A stretch of DNA of 64,000 nt from Alphaproteobacteria bacterium (GCA_031555055.1 JAVBUT010000008.1:3354-67353); one strand, 5' to 3'; positions 1 through 9,450 are shown, numbered from the stretch's first letter. The notes: generated from the letters alone by a model not told the origin. Program-made: numbers and translations.

Positions 1-815
1 CCAAGGCGCTGGAAAAACTGTCCGCGTTCAATGCCAAAATCGGATATCCGGACAAATGGCGCGACTATTCCAAACTGGAAATACGCGATGATTCATTGCT
101 GGATAACATGATCCGTGTCGCAGAATTCGAAGACAGATTTTGGCTGGATAAAATCGGCCAGAAAAAGGACCCGACGATCTGGTATATGAACGCGCATACC
201 GTGAACGCATACTATGATCCGTCAACGAACGAAATCTGTTTCCCGGCCGGAATATTACAGTATCCATTCTTTGACATGAACGCGGATGATGCATTCAATT
301 ATGGCGCCATCGGCAGTGTGATCGGCCATGAAATGACGCATGGATTCGACGACCAGGGACGCAAGTTTGACAAGGACGGAAATCTGAAAGACTGGTGGAC
401 CGACGCCGACGGCCAGGCATTCGACACACGCGCCAGCGTCATGCGCAAATTCTTTGACAATATACTTGTCGCGCCCGGAACGCATGCGAATGGCGAATTC
501 ACGTTGGGTGAAAACCTGGCTGATTACGGCGGAATTACAATCGCATTTACCGCATACAAAAACTTTGGCAAATCGATCGCAGACAATGGCGAATTGTTAC
601 CAGATCAACGTTTTTTTCTGGCGTATGCGATGACCGAAGCGAAAAATATACGTGACGCTGAAATTTTACGTCTGACCAAAATGGACGAACATTCATTGGG
701 CCGTTGGCGCGTTAATGGAATCCTGCCGCACATTGACGCATGGTATGACGCATTCAGAATCACCGCCGGCGACACAATGTACATCGCCCCCAGCGAACGC
801 GTAAGAATCTGGTAA
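1..815 (+). CDS. pepO: M13-family zinc metallopeptidase (PepO/neprilysin-like), C-terminal part; 5' end outside window
   Basis: Frame is open from nt 3. HEMTHGFDDQG (HExxH), GENLADYGG and WRVNGILPHIDAWYDAF are typical M13 C-terminal motifs. TAA at 813-815. Confidence 0.85.
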   Translation, partial: KALEKLSAFNAKIGYPDKWRDYSKLEIRDDSLLDNMIRVAEFEDRFWLDKIGQKKDPTIWYMNAHTVNAYYDPSTNEICFPAGILQYPFFDMNADDAFNYGAIGSVIGHEMTHGFDDQGRKFDKDGNLKDWWTDADGQAFDTRASVMRKFFDNILVAPGTHANGEFTLGENLADYGGITIAFTAYKNFGKSIADNGELLPDQRFFLAYAMTEAKNIRDAEILRLTKMDEHSLGRWRVNGILPHIDAWYDAFRITAGDTMYIAPSERVRIW

Positions 816-818
816 CAC

Positions 819-842
819 AAAAGGGGCGCAAAAATGCGCCCC
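819..842 (-). terminator. GC hairpin GGGGCGCA-AAAA-TGCGCCCC, likely ihfA terminator (REP-like)
   Basis: 8-bp GC stem, followed by a T4 run on the minus strand. Lies downstream of the convergent ihfA gene. Confidence 0.5.
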
Positions 843-849
843 CCATAAG

Positions 850-873
850 AATCCCGCGATACGGGATTTTTTT
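850..873 (+). terminator. Intrinsic terminator after the M13 peptidase gene
   Basis: AATCCCG-CGATA-CGGGATT stem-loop followed by a T7 run. Confidence 0.7.
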
Positions 874-881
874 ATTTCGAT

Positions 882-1166
882 TTATTCAGAAACTTTCTTG
901 CGAAATTCGGTGGCTGGGCGGAATGTCGCGACACGACGTGCGGATATAACCGCTTCTTCGCCGGTCTTTGGATTACGGCCCATACGCTGTGGCTTGTTCA
1001 GAATCTTGAAACTGCCCAGGCCTGCGAACTTAACCTCTTCTCCGCGGATCAGTGATTCTTCGATTTCGCTGAATATCAGATCAACCAGCTTGTAAGAATC
1101 CGTAGTGGTCAGCCCGAATTTTTCACGCAGTTTATTTGCAAAGTCTATTCTTGTTACTGTTGCCAT
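882..1166 (-). CDS. ihfA: Integration host factor alpha / HU-family DNA-binding protein
   Basis: MATVTRIDFANKL... GRNPKTGEEAVISARRVATFRP. TVTR start and the arm motif resemble alphaproteobacterial IHF-alpha. Start taken at the internal ATG (1166), not the long ORF start (1223). Confidence 0.75.
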   Translation of the reverse strand: MATVTRIDFANKLREKFGLTTTDSYKLVDLIFSEIEESLIRGEEVKFAGLGSFKILNKPQRMGRNPKTGEEAVISARRVATFRPATEFRKKVSE

Positions 1167-1261
1167 TTTGTTTCCGTTTTGTTTTTTTTGAGTATAAGTT
1201 ATCGGGCGAATTGAAGCGTCCATATAAGCCCAAGTGTTCGCAAAAACACACTCTTTATAAC

Positions 1262-2200
1262 CTATACTCTAATAAGCGCAGCGCCCCATGTCAAGCCAGA
1301 ACCGAACGCAGGGTACATAATTAATTGTCCCTTTTTGATAATCCCGTTGTCAAACGCATGCGCCAACGCCAAAACCCCGGACGCACCGGAAGTATTGCCG
1401 TGCAAACCGACCGTCACAAGGATTTTTTCCATCGGAAAGCCCAGTCTTTCGGCCGCGCTTTGGATAATTCTGATATTTGCCTGGTGCGGGATGATCCAAT
1501 CGACAGATTCTGCAGTAATTCCAGCATGATCCATGATATATTCCGCCGCAGCCGGCATGCATGTCACGGCCTTTTTATAGGTTTCCGGGCCGTTCATTAT
1601 AATCTTGTGATCCGGCGATCCGTACAGAATGCCAAAACCGGCCCCGTCAGCCATAACGACAGTATCAATAATTCCGGAATAGCTGGATGTGGAGTGCTCA
1701 AAAATCAAGGCCCCCGCCCCGTCGCCGAACAATACGGCGGTATTTCGATCGTTCCAGTCGATGATATTCTGCATTCTTTCTGCGCCGATAACCATTATCC
1801 GCTGGTGCATGCCGGCGGTAAAGAACGCACGGGCACAATGCAATGCATAAATATATCCCGTACATGCGCCACGAACGTCAAATGCAGGCATAGTATTTGT
1901 TGCGCCCAATTTACCCTGGATCTGAACGGCGACTGACGGAAAATCCAGCTCTGCGGTGGTTGTTGCAACAACAATCATATCAATATCGTTTATCGTCAGG
2001 CCCGCATTGTCCAGCGCACGCTGTGCCGCGATTGTACCCATATCGGCAACCGTTTCGTTTTCTGCGGCGAAATGTCGCACTTTCATACCTGTGCGTGACG
2101 TTATCCATTCGTCAGATGTGTCCAATTTTTTCGACCAATCATCGTTTGTCATAACTTTTTCAGGCAAATAAGAACCATAGCCGACCAATCTGCTTCCCAT
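1262..2200 (-). CDS. fabH: 3-oxoacyl-ACP synthase III
   Basis: YLPEKVMTNDDWSKKLDTSDEWITSRTGMKVRHFA, active-site context ACTGYIYAL, C-terminal GSGLTWGAALIRV. TAG stop at the conserved C-terminus. Confidence 0.92.
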   Translation of the reverse strand: MGSRLVGYGSYLPEKVMTNDDWSKKLDTSDEWITSRTGMKVRHFAAENETVADMGTIAAQRALDNAGLTINDIDMIVVATTTAELDFPSVAVQIQGKLGATNTMPAFDVRGACTGYIYALHCARAFFTAGMHQRIMVIGAERMQNIIDWNDRNTAVLFGDGAGALIFEHSTSSYSGIIDTVVMADGAGFGILYGSPDHKIIMNGPETYKKAVTCMPAAAEYIMDHAGITAESVDWIIPHQANIRIIQSAAERLGFPMEKILVTVGLHGNTSGASGVLALAHAFDNGIIKKGQLIMYPAFGSGLTWGAALIRV

Positions 2201-2395
2201 AATATTTCTCCATTGTTCAGACGATTATACAAATAATAAATACACTTTCAATATTTTTATCACACTGATTGGATATAGTATTGTTTGATCTGTTTTCAAT
2301 CAATGAGAGAAAATTCTTTTTTTTATAACATACAATCATACTAATAAACATTTCTCCTTTACAGTATGACTTTTCCAATTTAAACTCTGTATCAC

Positions 2396-2471
2396 GTTCC
2401 CATAGTTCAACTGGATAGAATAAGGGTTTCCTAAACCTTTGATCCAGGTTCGATTCCTGGTGGGAACGCCA
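2396..2471 (+). tRNA. tRNA-Arg (anticodon CCT)
   Basis: Hand-folded cloverleaf: acceptor GTTCCCA/TGGGAAC, T-arm CCAGG-TTCGATT-CCTGG, anticodon loop TTCCTAA, encoded CCA. Confidence 0.9.
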
Positions 2472-2514
2472 CACTTTGCCAAGGCTTCGTATGGCAAGCC
2501 ACTAATAAACGACA

Positions 2515-2919
2515 ATGCAATTCGATCATGCGAAATTTGAACAGATGAAAAATATGGACCCGGCCAAATGGGAATCAATGTGCCGGCGTTGCGGACTTTG
2601 CTGTCTGGTGAAATACGCGACCGCTGACGGGATATATTATTCACGCGAAATATGCCACCTGTTTGATCACAAAACAAACGGATGTTCCGACTATGAAAAC
2701 CGCCTGTGCACCGCGTGCAGAAAGGTCACCCCGGAACTGGTCGCAGAAAAATTAATGCCGACGTCATGTGCATATTCCGAAATGCTGTTCGGGCCGTCTG
2801 AAATAAAGCCGAATATCGACATATCGCAAATCCCGCATGCAAAGCGCGATTATAAATCTGCGAAAAAAATCAACCAGCTTATCATCCCTGAATCAATTCT
2901 GTGGAATATTCCTGAATAA
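2515..2919 (+). CDS. YcgN/YkgJ-like CxxCxxCC Fe-S/zinc-cluster protein (UPF0260-like)
   Basis: WESMCRRCGLCCLVK and TSCAYSEML motifs match the UPF0260/YcgN pattern. Confidence 0.65.
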   Translation: MQFDHAKFEQMKNMDPAKWESMCRRCGLCCLVKYATADGIYYSREICHLFDHKTNGCSDYENRLCTACRKVTPELVAEKLMPTSCAYSEMLFGPSEIKPNIDISQIPHAKRDYKSAKKINQLIIPESILWNIPE

Positions 2920-3019
2920 ATATTTTTATTGCCATTTCTTGAAAATACTGTAAAATCACAGGAATAACATCCGTTACCATCCGGACATTTGCCGGGCTAA
3001 TATAACAACGGAGATTTGT

Positions 3020-4213
3020 ATGAAAAAATTATTGTTTGTTATTTTTTGTTTTTTGTCCCTTGGTCCAATCCAATTGCGTGCCGATGACGTGGCCGCCGTA
3101 AAAAAAACGGAAAAGCCGCATTATAAATCCTGGTCCGAGATTTCTTTTATCGATCCCGTCGACGGGTATTTTGACATGAGCGAGTTTATAATCAACGCCC
3201 ATGGTTTTGTCCCGATCCCGGTAATAATTACCGAGCCCGCAGTCGGCGGATTCGGAGGCGGAGTTGCGCCGGTGTTCATAGACCCTAAACCGCCTGTTGA
3301 AAAAGATGGCAAGATGTATCCGCAAAGTCCGGACATAACTTTGCTGGGTGGGATTTATACGCTTAACAACACATGGGCTTTGGCGGCGGGTCGCATCGGC
3401 ACGATCCAGGAATACGGACTGAAATACAAAGTGCTGGGCGCATATGCCGACGCGAATCTTGATTTTTACACCCCGCCTGAAAGCATTGTCCCGGACCATA
3501 AAATGGAATTCAATATCCAGGCAGTCCCGGTTTATCTGTATCTGGCCAAGCAACTGCACGATCCGCGTTTTTCAGTCGGTATGGACTATGTGTATTCTTG
3601 GATTGATCTGAAACCGAAATTCGCGGACCCGAATATTCCGGATTCATGGGAACATGACTTTAAACAAAACATGTCGCTGATCGGCGGTGTGTTCGAATTC
3701 GATAATCGCGATAATACATTCACACCCAACAGCGGTATAAAGATCGCTGTAAATGCGCGTTTTTCCGACACTCTGTGGGGTGGCGGTTCTGACTTTCAGA
3801 AAACCGAAGAATCCATGTACTGGTATCTGCCGGTGACAGATTCCTGGATCACCGCATTGCGTTTGGAAACCCAGCAGATGTTCGGTGACGCACCGTTTTA
3901 TCTAAAGCCTTTCATTGATATGCGCGGTGTTCCAATGGCGCGATATCAGGGTGATTACACCGCGCTGGCCGAGATCGAGGAAAGATACGATTTCGGAAAA
4001 TCAAAGCGTTGGTCCGTTGTCGCGTTCGGCGGCCTGGGCAAGGCCTTTGACGAATTCAACCAGTTCGATGACGCGAAAACAGTGTACAGCTATGGCGCAG
4101 GATTCAGATATCTGCTGGTCAGGAAACTGGGGATACGCGTCGGCATTGACGTTGCGAACGGCCGCGATGGTCCGGCATGGTATATCGTATTCGGCAGCAA
4201 CTGGGCCAGATAG
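3020..4213 (+). CDS. Omp85/surface-antigen-family outer-membrane beta-barrel without POTRA domains
   Basis: Signal peptide MKKLLFVIFCFLSLGPIQLRA. C-terminal GAGFRYLLVRKLGIRVGIDVANGRDGPAWYIVFGSNW resembles the Bac_surface_Ag barrel end. Confidence 0.6.
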   Translation: MKKLLFVIFCFLSLGPIQLRADDVAAVKKTEKPHYKSWSEISFIDPVDGYFDMSEFIINAHGFVPIPVIITEPAVGGFGGGVAPVFIDPKPPVEKDGKMYPQSPDITLLGGIYTLNNTWALAAGRIGTIQEYGLKYKVLGAYADANLDFYTPPESIVPDHKMEFNIQAVPVYLYLAKQLHDPRFSVGMDYVYSWIDLKPKFADPNIPDSWEHDFKQNMSLIGGVFEFDNRDNTFTPNSGIKIAVNARFSDTLWGGGSDFQKTEESMYWYLPVTDSWITALRLETQQMFGDAPFYLKPFIDMRGVPMARYQGDYTALAEIEERYDFGKSKRWSVVAFGGLGKAFDEFNQFDDAKTVYSYGAGFRYLLVRKLGIRVGIDVANGRDGPAWYIVFGSNWAR

Positions 4214-4238
4214 TGCAATACACAGGCATTTGTTCCTG

Positions 4239-4268
4239 TTGCCGTGCGATAAAAAACCGTGATATAAT
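4239..4268 (+). promoter_or_regulatory. Candidate sigma70 promoter with extended -10 (TTGCCG-N-TGATATAAT)
   Basis: TGATATAAT at 4260-4268, about 34 nt upstream of the small ORF start. Confidence 0.45.
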
Positions 4269-4301
4269 TTTTACACGCGAATAAAAAAGAGGGGGTCAGA
4301 A

Positions 4302-4475
4302 ATGCCACTAGTCAAAGGCTGCTCACGCAGGGCGATTTCGCAAAACATTCGAACCGAAGTGCACGAAGGCAAACCCCAAAAGCAAGCCGTCGCGATCGCA
4401 TTGTCAATCGCACGCAAGAACGCCGACAAATGCACGGTAAATCCACCGAAATTAAAACCTGTGAAAAAGAAATAA
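4302..4475 (+). CDS. Small basic protein (57 aa), below the ORF-track cutoff
   Basis: Strong RBS AGAGGGGG 6 nt upstream, its own promoter and terminator. MPLVKGCSRRAISQNIRTEVHEGKPQKQAVAIALSIARKN; the KQAVAIALS.ARK motif recalls a widespread family of small phage/bacterial proteins. Confidence 0.55.
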   Translation: MPLVKGCSRRAISQNIRTEVHEGKPQKQAVAIALSIARKNADKCTVNPPKLKPVKKK

Positions 4476-4496
4476 AATCCAACATCTTAAAAAAGC

Positions 4497-4527
4497 AAAA
4501 CGGAACCACGCGTTCCGTTTTTTTGTT
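4497..4527 (+). terminator. Intrinsic terminator
   Basis: AAAACGGAAC-CACGC-GTTCCGTTTT followed by a T-run. Confidence 0.75.
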
Positions 4528-4583
4528 TGCCCGATTTTGGCATATATGATATAATCAGTCTAATAAGGAAGGGAATCCCTGTG

Positions 4584-6869
4584 ATGAAAAGATTTGTTGC
4601 CGTGCTTGCCGGATTGCTGATTATGCCCGCATATGCGGAAATTGCGCCAATCGGATACTATGACGAAATCGTCGACGAATACGCCGACGAAGTGGCTGGC
4701 GACGTCGAAATCGAAGAGATAGAGGAAATCCCAGAAACAACAATACAAAAACCGATCGTGCCGGTCGCGCCTGCGTCATCATCTGCGCGCGTAACATCGA
4801 ACCGCACTGCATCGCGCGCAATGCCGGCCGGTAACGCAACCATTGCACCCGGACGCGGAACAACTACACGCGCCGTGGCATCACGCACAACAACGACAAT
4901 CCCCACGCGCAGTGCAATGCCGCAAAACGTCGTTTCACGCGCAGCAACATCGCAAACCCAACAACACGCAACACGGCGCAGCACACCGGCCAGGGCCGCC
5001 ACCGCTGCACGCGCCGCGACAACTGCTGGCTCTATAACCCAGACCGACACAGTATATTCACCACTGTACACCGGCCGCGTCAGTTCGCGTGGCGGCAATG
5101 CGATCACCGCCGGAACACGCGGCGCAACAACGCGCATCGCAACATCCAGCAACATCAGCGCCACACCAACGGTTGATGTCGCGTCATTGGATGAAATGGC
5201 CAAACTGACCGATTATTGCAAGGCACAATACACCCAGTGCATGGATAACTTTTGCGACGTTCTGGATGACAACCAGGGCCGCTGCAGCTGTTCTGCCAAT
5301 TTAAAAAATTACACCAAGACCGAAGAAGCGCTGAAAAAGATCACGGAAGAGCTTCAGGAAGTCGCACAAAAAATCCAATACATCGGTCTGACCAAGGATG
5401 AACTGACGTCTATGTTCACCCAGACCGAAGCCGAAGCCGCAATGCAGGGAAAAACCGACACAACCCAGCTGCGCAGCGATTTGGAAAAAATCAAAAATAT
5501 GATCGTCGATGTAAAAAATCCGTCGGCAACGACAAGCGATTCCGCATTCAGCCTGGATTTATCCAGCCTGTTGGATTTCAGCTTCTCCGACAGCGGATTT
5601 GACCTGAATTCCTTTTTTGGCACCAGCGCCAACACCAGTATCAGTAACCAGCGCGGCGAACAATTGTTCAAGACCGCCGTCGCGCGCTGCAAATCAGCTG
5701 TACTGGACAGCTGTTATGCCCAAGGCGTCGACACATCCGTCATAACCAATAGCTATGATCTGGAAATCGATAAACAATGCATTGTGTACGAACGCGATCT
5801 GATAGAGGCGAATACGCAAATGAACCGCACAGTTCGAAACGCCAAATCCGTTCTGCAAAAGGCGCGCCTGATCGTTGCCCAGAACAAGAACCAATACGAT
5901 CTGCGCGGATGCGTGAATGCGCTGGACACATGCATGCAGGATGAATTCGTATGCGGGTCGGACTATGAAAACTGTCTGGACGCAACCGGAAAATACATTG
6001 TGAACGGCGAAATCATAGTGGGCAGTCTGCCAGGCGTTGTCGGTGGAAATCTGTCGACCCAGGCGACCGGCACCGGCCTGTATTCGTCCTGGAATTACGG
6101 CAGCACGAACGCATGGAACGACGGTGGCGATATCGGGTCATTCATATCGACTTATATTTCTTCGGCGGACACGACAAATATGGTCGGATTTATGCAAAGC
6201 AGAATCGGATACAATCTGAACAGCCGCAATTACGGCATGTGCATATCCGTCCTGAACAAGTGCCAGGATGTGACATACACCAACGGGGTGTACAACAAGA
6301 ACAACAAAGTGGTTGAAAACTATCTGCAACGCACATTGGTCCAGATAAAATCGCAACAGGATGAAATACTGGCCAAATATGCGGAAAGCTGTATCAGCGA
6401 CGTGTCGTCATGCTTGTCGACGAACGGCTGGTCGACCACCGCAGACAGCTTTGTCCAGAACACGGCCCAGAACGCTTGCCGCGCGATCATCAGAACATGC
6501 GCCAGTGTCATAAACGCGGGCGTTAACGTGAACAGTTCCGCAGAACAGGAAATCATCGACGCGGCCACAAACAACAGCCACATGGCGTCGTCCGCTGTTT
6601 GCACAACAATCAGCGCAGTCGGCACGTTAAGCACGGATATTGTGAACGGTTGCCCGGTTTCCGGTTACCGCTGTCTGAACGGGTATAAGACCACAGCAGA
6701 CGGTCGCTGTGTGACCGCGTGTCCTGCGAATTCGAATTATGACGCGTCCAAGATTGCGACCAGCACCGGGTCTGCCACGGTACGTGGTGTCGTTGAAACT
6801 GATCCGGCCGGCGGGTTCTGCACCTGTGACAAGGTTGGCGACGCATCATCCGGCACATGCCCATTGTAA
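4584..6869 (+). CDS. Large secreted protein: signal peptide, acidic stretch, Arg/Thr/Ala/Ser-rich low-complexity region, long Cys-rich C-terminal region
   Basis: RBS AAGGAAGG. MKRFVAVLAGLLIMPAYA signal peptide, EIEEIEEI, then repeated ATR/TSR-type low complexity, then YCKAQYTQCMDNFCDVLDDNQGRCSCS and more than 30 further Cys. No family recognised. Confidence 0.75.
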   Translation: MKRFVAVLAGLLIMPAYAEIAPIGYYDEIVDEYADEVAGDVEIEEIEEIPETTIQKPIVPVAPASSSARVTSNRTASRAMPAGNATIAPGRGTTTRAVASRTTTTIPTRSAMPQNVVSRAATSQTQQHATRRSTPARAATAARAATTAGSITQTDTVYSPLYTGRVSSRGGNAITAGTRGATTRIATSSNISATPTVDVASLDEMAKLTDYCKAQYTQCMDNFCDVLDDNQGRCSCSANLKNYTKTEEALKKITEELQEVAQKIQYIGLTKDELTSMFTQTEAEAAMQGKTDTTQLRSDLEKIKNMIVDVKNPSATTSDSAFSLDLSSLLDFSFSDSGFDLNSFFGTSANTSISNQRGEQLFKTAVARCKSAVLDSCYAQGVDTSVITNSYDLEIDKQCIVYERDLIEANTQMNRTVRNAKSVLQKARLIVAQNKNQYDLRGCVNALDTCMQDEFVCGSDYENCLDATGKYIVNGEIIVGSLPGVVGGNLSTQATGTGLYSSWNYGSTNAWNDGGDIGSFISTYISSADTTNMVGFMQSRIGYNLNSRNYGMCISVLNKCQDVTYTNGVYNKNNKVVENYLQRTLVQIKSQQDEILAKYAESCISDVSSCLSTNGWSTTADSFVQNTAQNACRAIIRTCASVINAGVNVNSSAEQEIIDAATNNSHMASSAVCTTISAVGTLSTDIVNGCPVSGYRCLNGYKTTADGRCVTACPANSNYDASKIATSTGSATVRGVVETDPAGGFCTCDKVGDASSGTCPL

Positions 6870-6871
6870 AC

Positions 6872-6895
6872 AAACGCCCCGTCGGGGCGTTTTTA
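6872..6895 (+). terminator. Intrinsic terminator
   Basis: AAACGCCCC-GTC-GGGGCGTTT followed by a T-run, directly after TAA. Confidence 0.75.
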
Positions 6896-7000
6896 AATTC
6901 CCGCGTCCTGCCCCCCTACAAAACCTGCTGGATTTTGTGGGGTGGTCCAGGCTGGAATCCCTTGTATAAAAAAACCGGCCACTCGGCCGGTTTTTATACT

Positions 7001-7140
7001 GTAGGGGCGCATATTTGCGCCCAAGGTAGCGCAACTGCGTCCAACGGTTGCGAAAAGGACAAGGTCGCCCCACCTGGCTGAGATGGGCGTAGGGGCGGAT
7101 CGTATTCGCCCAAGTGGGGCGCGTTTCCACGCGCCCCTAT
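7001..7140. repeat. REP-like GC hairpins (TAGGGGCGC...GCGCCCCTA family), one single and one double unit
   Basis: GTAGGGGCGCATATTTGCGCCC at 7001-7022. GTAGGGGCGGATCGTATTCGCCCAAGTGGGGCGCGTTTCCACGCGCCCCTAT at 7089-7140. Confidence 0.85.
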
Positions 7141-7220
7141 AAATTCGGTTCACGGCTTACAAAAAACCGCCGGGGAATTGCTTCCCTGGCGGCTCTCCCT
7201 TCCTTCCGGATTTCCGGAAA

Positions 7221-7306
7221 CTTGGAAAAGAATCAGAAAATAGCGATCTGGAATCAGACTAAAAACAAACTTGAACTGATTCCTGATTCCTGATTCCTGA
7301 TTCCTT
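7221..7306. repeat. Periodic hairpin, TGATTCC 7-mer family (imperfect left arm, 4 perfect units on the right)
   Basis: Right arm is (TGATTCC)x4 at 7277-7304. Left arm GGAAAAGAATCAGAAAATAGCGATCTGGAATCAG. Confidence 0.8.
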
Positions 7307-7310
7307 TGAA

Positions 7311-7643
7311 CTATGCGGCGCGCGCAACTTTTTCTGTAACCGTCGTGGACGCGTCCATTGTCTTTTTCGCTTCGGCAAATACCATTTCTTTGACGCGCAA
7401 TGCCAACGCTTTTGTATCCAGACTTTCTGCGGCAACGTCAAAGTTGTCTGTGCGAATCTGCAACGAAACGTACGCACCGATCAAAGATGATCGTGGCAAA
7501 TCTTCCATTGATCTTGGCGTATTGTTATGACCAATGTGCAGTTCGTCCGACAGCGATATTATCTGGCGGTCTTCATTAACCCAAACCGTCGTGGTCAATA
7601 CTTGATTCAGCGCGACCATGATTTCTTTTATGTTCTTTTGCAT
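7311..7643 (-). CDS. Hypothetical protein (110 aa)
   Basis: Clean ORF with a TAG stop abutting the repeat. No motif recognised. Confidence 0.5.
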   Translation of the reverse strand: MQKNIKEIMVALNQVLTTTVWVNEDRQIISLSDELHIGHNNTPRSMEDLPRSSLIGAYVSLQIRTDNFDVAAESLDTKALALRVKEMVFAEAKKTMDASTTVTEKVARAA

Positions 7644-8027
7644 CCCCTGTTCCCCCTTGTTTTTATTAAAAATTAAAAACCGATAATAAAGAATTTGTAT
7701 TTACAACCGTATTTACAAATTCGTTATTTAAATTTTTAACCTGTTTTTGTTTTTATGCAGATTTCCGGTTTTTTGGCGGATTTCTGCGGTTTTTGAAACT
7801 CTTCGACTTGTCTATACACAGATCATAGAACAAAAACGAATCGGACGTCAAGCGCTTTTTATGTTTATTTTAATTTTATTTTCATTTTTATTGAAATTAC
7901 TTTAAAAACCATAAAATACCATAAACGGATTATAAATTGTCATTGACAACCAAAAATCAGCGTGCTAAATTTCATAGCGCAGAGAGAGAAGCAGGGACGA
8001 TTAAGTCCGAAAAGAAAGAGAATGTGA

Positions 8028-8477
8028 ATGTCATTATTTCTTTCATCTTATGAAAATCGCTTGGATACAAAGGGGCGCGTTTCCGTCCCGGCTTCTTTCC
8101 GTGCATCGATCGACGCTGAAAATTTCGCCGGGGTCGTTTTATACAGATCATTTACAAACAATTGCATCGAAGGCCTGTCGATGTCGCGCATGGAAAAAAT
8201 GGCCGCAGCAACAGACCAGATGGGTGTGTTTGACGGCACGCTGGACGATCTGTCCGCCATGTTGTTTGCGGACGCACGTCCATTGACATTTGATGTGACG
8301 GGCCGCGTGATTATCCCCGAAGATTTACTGGCGCACGCCGGCATTACGGACACCGCGGTATTCGTTGGCCGCGGCAACAGTTTTCAAATATGGAACCCGG
8401 ATGCATTCCGCGAAATGCAATCAAAGTCTTTAAGCAATCTGCGCAAATCCCGCCCGAATTTAAAGATCGGAAATTAA
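8028..8477 (+). CDS. mraZ: Transcriptional regulator MraZ
   Basis: YENRLDTKGRVSVPASFR and a second SpoVT/AbrB-like half DVTGRVIIPEDL. 149 aa. Confidence 0.9.
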   Translation: MSLFLSSYENRLDTKGRVSVPASFRASIDAENFAGVVLYRSFTNNCIEGLSMSRMEKMAAATDQMGVFDGTLDDLSAMLFADARPLTFDVTGRVIIPEDLLAHAGITDTAVFVGRGNSFQIWNPDAFREMQSKSLSNLRKSRPNLKIGN

Positions 8478-8514
8478 AAAAAATCTCACACATCATCGGT
8501 ATAGGGACGTTTTT

Positions 8515-8547
8515 TAATCATTAGTCAATAGTCATTAATCAATAGTA
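8515..8547. repeat. Single-arm tandem 7-mer array (GTCAATA/TCATTAG family)
   Basis: TAATCATTAGTCAATAGTCATTAATCAATAGTA. Confidence 0.75.
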
Positions 8548-8674
8548 TGGGGCGCATTCTTGCGCCCCTATGGTTTATATTCTTGGAAATAAATTAATCA
8601 AAAAACAAATCCGTCATTGCGAGCGAATGCGAAGCAATCCAGTCAAATATGAGAGCGCGTTTCGGACTGCGCCC
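8547..8674 (+). repeat. 128-bp composite repeat, copy 1 (REP hairpin + CATTGCGAG palindrome + REP-like end)
   Basis: 126/128 identical to 9323-9450. Ends GGGGCGCA...TGCGCCCC are inverted. Confidence 0.9.
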
Positions 8675-8745
8675 GTACGCATTCACATCATTATTTTTAT
8701 TGACAAAAAAATCATAAATGTGCACAATATAGAAAAAGACCAGAA

Positions 8746-9264
8746 ATGAAATTCAATATACCATACTCTATAGCAAAAAATATATGTGACCAGAACAAAG
8801 AAAAAATTGCTACTCCTGCTATCTTGTCTGATGCATATTTAACCGTATTCTATGACTATGATGCCAAGGGCAAGTGTACTGGTTATCATATTGATAAGGA
8901 TATATATTACGGTCAAAAGGTAGATAAAAAAGCCGATAATGATTATAGTGCCGCGCAAAAAACATTGGCTATATTTGGGTATAAATTAAAAGAAATCCGT
9001 TCGATGATTGCGTTAAATCGAACTAAAAAATTCAATATGGTTGGCAATCCAGAACCTGGGTTTGGCAAATATAATTGGTGCCAAATTGTTGTTGAAAAGG
9101 CTGGTAAAACATATACTTCCGCCTGGGTGTTTCGTTACATCTTTCATGTTCCCACGAATTACGCTTGCCTTGACCTGCTTTGCTGTGCGAATGATCTGGA
9201 CAACGAACCGGTTTTTCGGTCCGCATTGCTCCTCTCGCTTTGCCTTGGCGGCGAATCCAGATAA
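8746..9264 (+). CDS. Hypothetical protein (172 aa), low GC, bracketed by the 128-bp repeats
   Basis: ORF only. No signal peptide or motif recognised. Confidence 0.45.
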   Translation: MKFNIPYSIAKNICDQNKEKIATPAILSDAYLTVFYDYDAKGKCTGYHIDKDIYYGQKVDKKADNDYSAAQKTLAIFGYKLKEIRSMIALNRTKKFNMVGNPEPGFGKYNWCQIVVEKAGKTYTSAWVFRYIFHVPTNYACLDLLCCANDLDNEPVFRSALLLSLCLGGESR

Positions 9265-9298
9265 CGTTAAAACCGGCCAATCGGCCGGTTTTTTATTG

Positions 9299-9450
9299 CA
9301 GGGGCGGATTGTATCCGCCCAAATGGGGCGCATTCTTGCGCCCCTATGGTTTATATTCTTGGAAATAAATTAATCAAAAAACAAATCCGTCATTGCGAGC
9401 GAATGCGAAACAAGCCAGTCAAATATGAGAGCGCGTTTCGGACTGCGCCC
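9299..9450 (+). repeat. REP hairpin plus 128-bp composite repeat, copy 2 (9323-9450)
   Basis: CAGGGGCGGATTGTATCCGCCC followed by the copy of 8547-8674. Confidence 0.9.

Noticed and set aside
6739-7153. ORFs in the repeat-dense tract after the giant Cys-rich gene (6739-6969, 6846-7130, 6857-7081, 6893-7153)
   Set aside because: They are read-through of REP hairpins on both strands (GAHICAQG / GRIRSAPT-type translations). No RBS is present and the frames mutually overlap.
7644-8027. Replication origin in the AT-rich region upstream of mraZ
   Set aside because: I found no TTATCCACA-like DnaA boxes and no dnaA, dnaN, hemE or parAB context. It is more simply a divergent promoter region.
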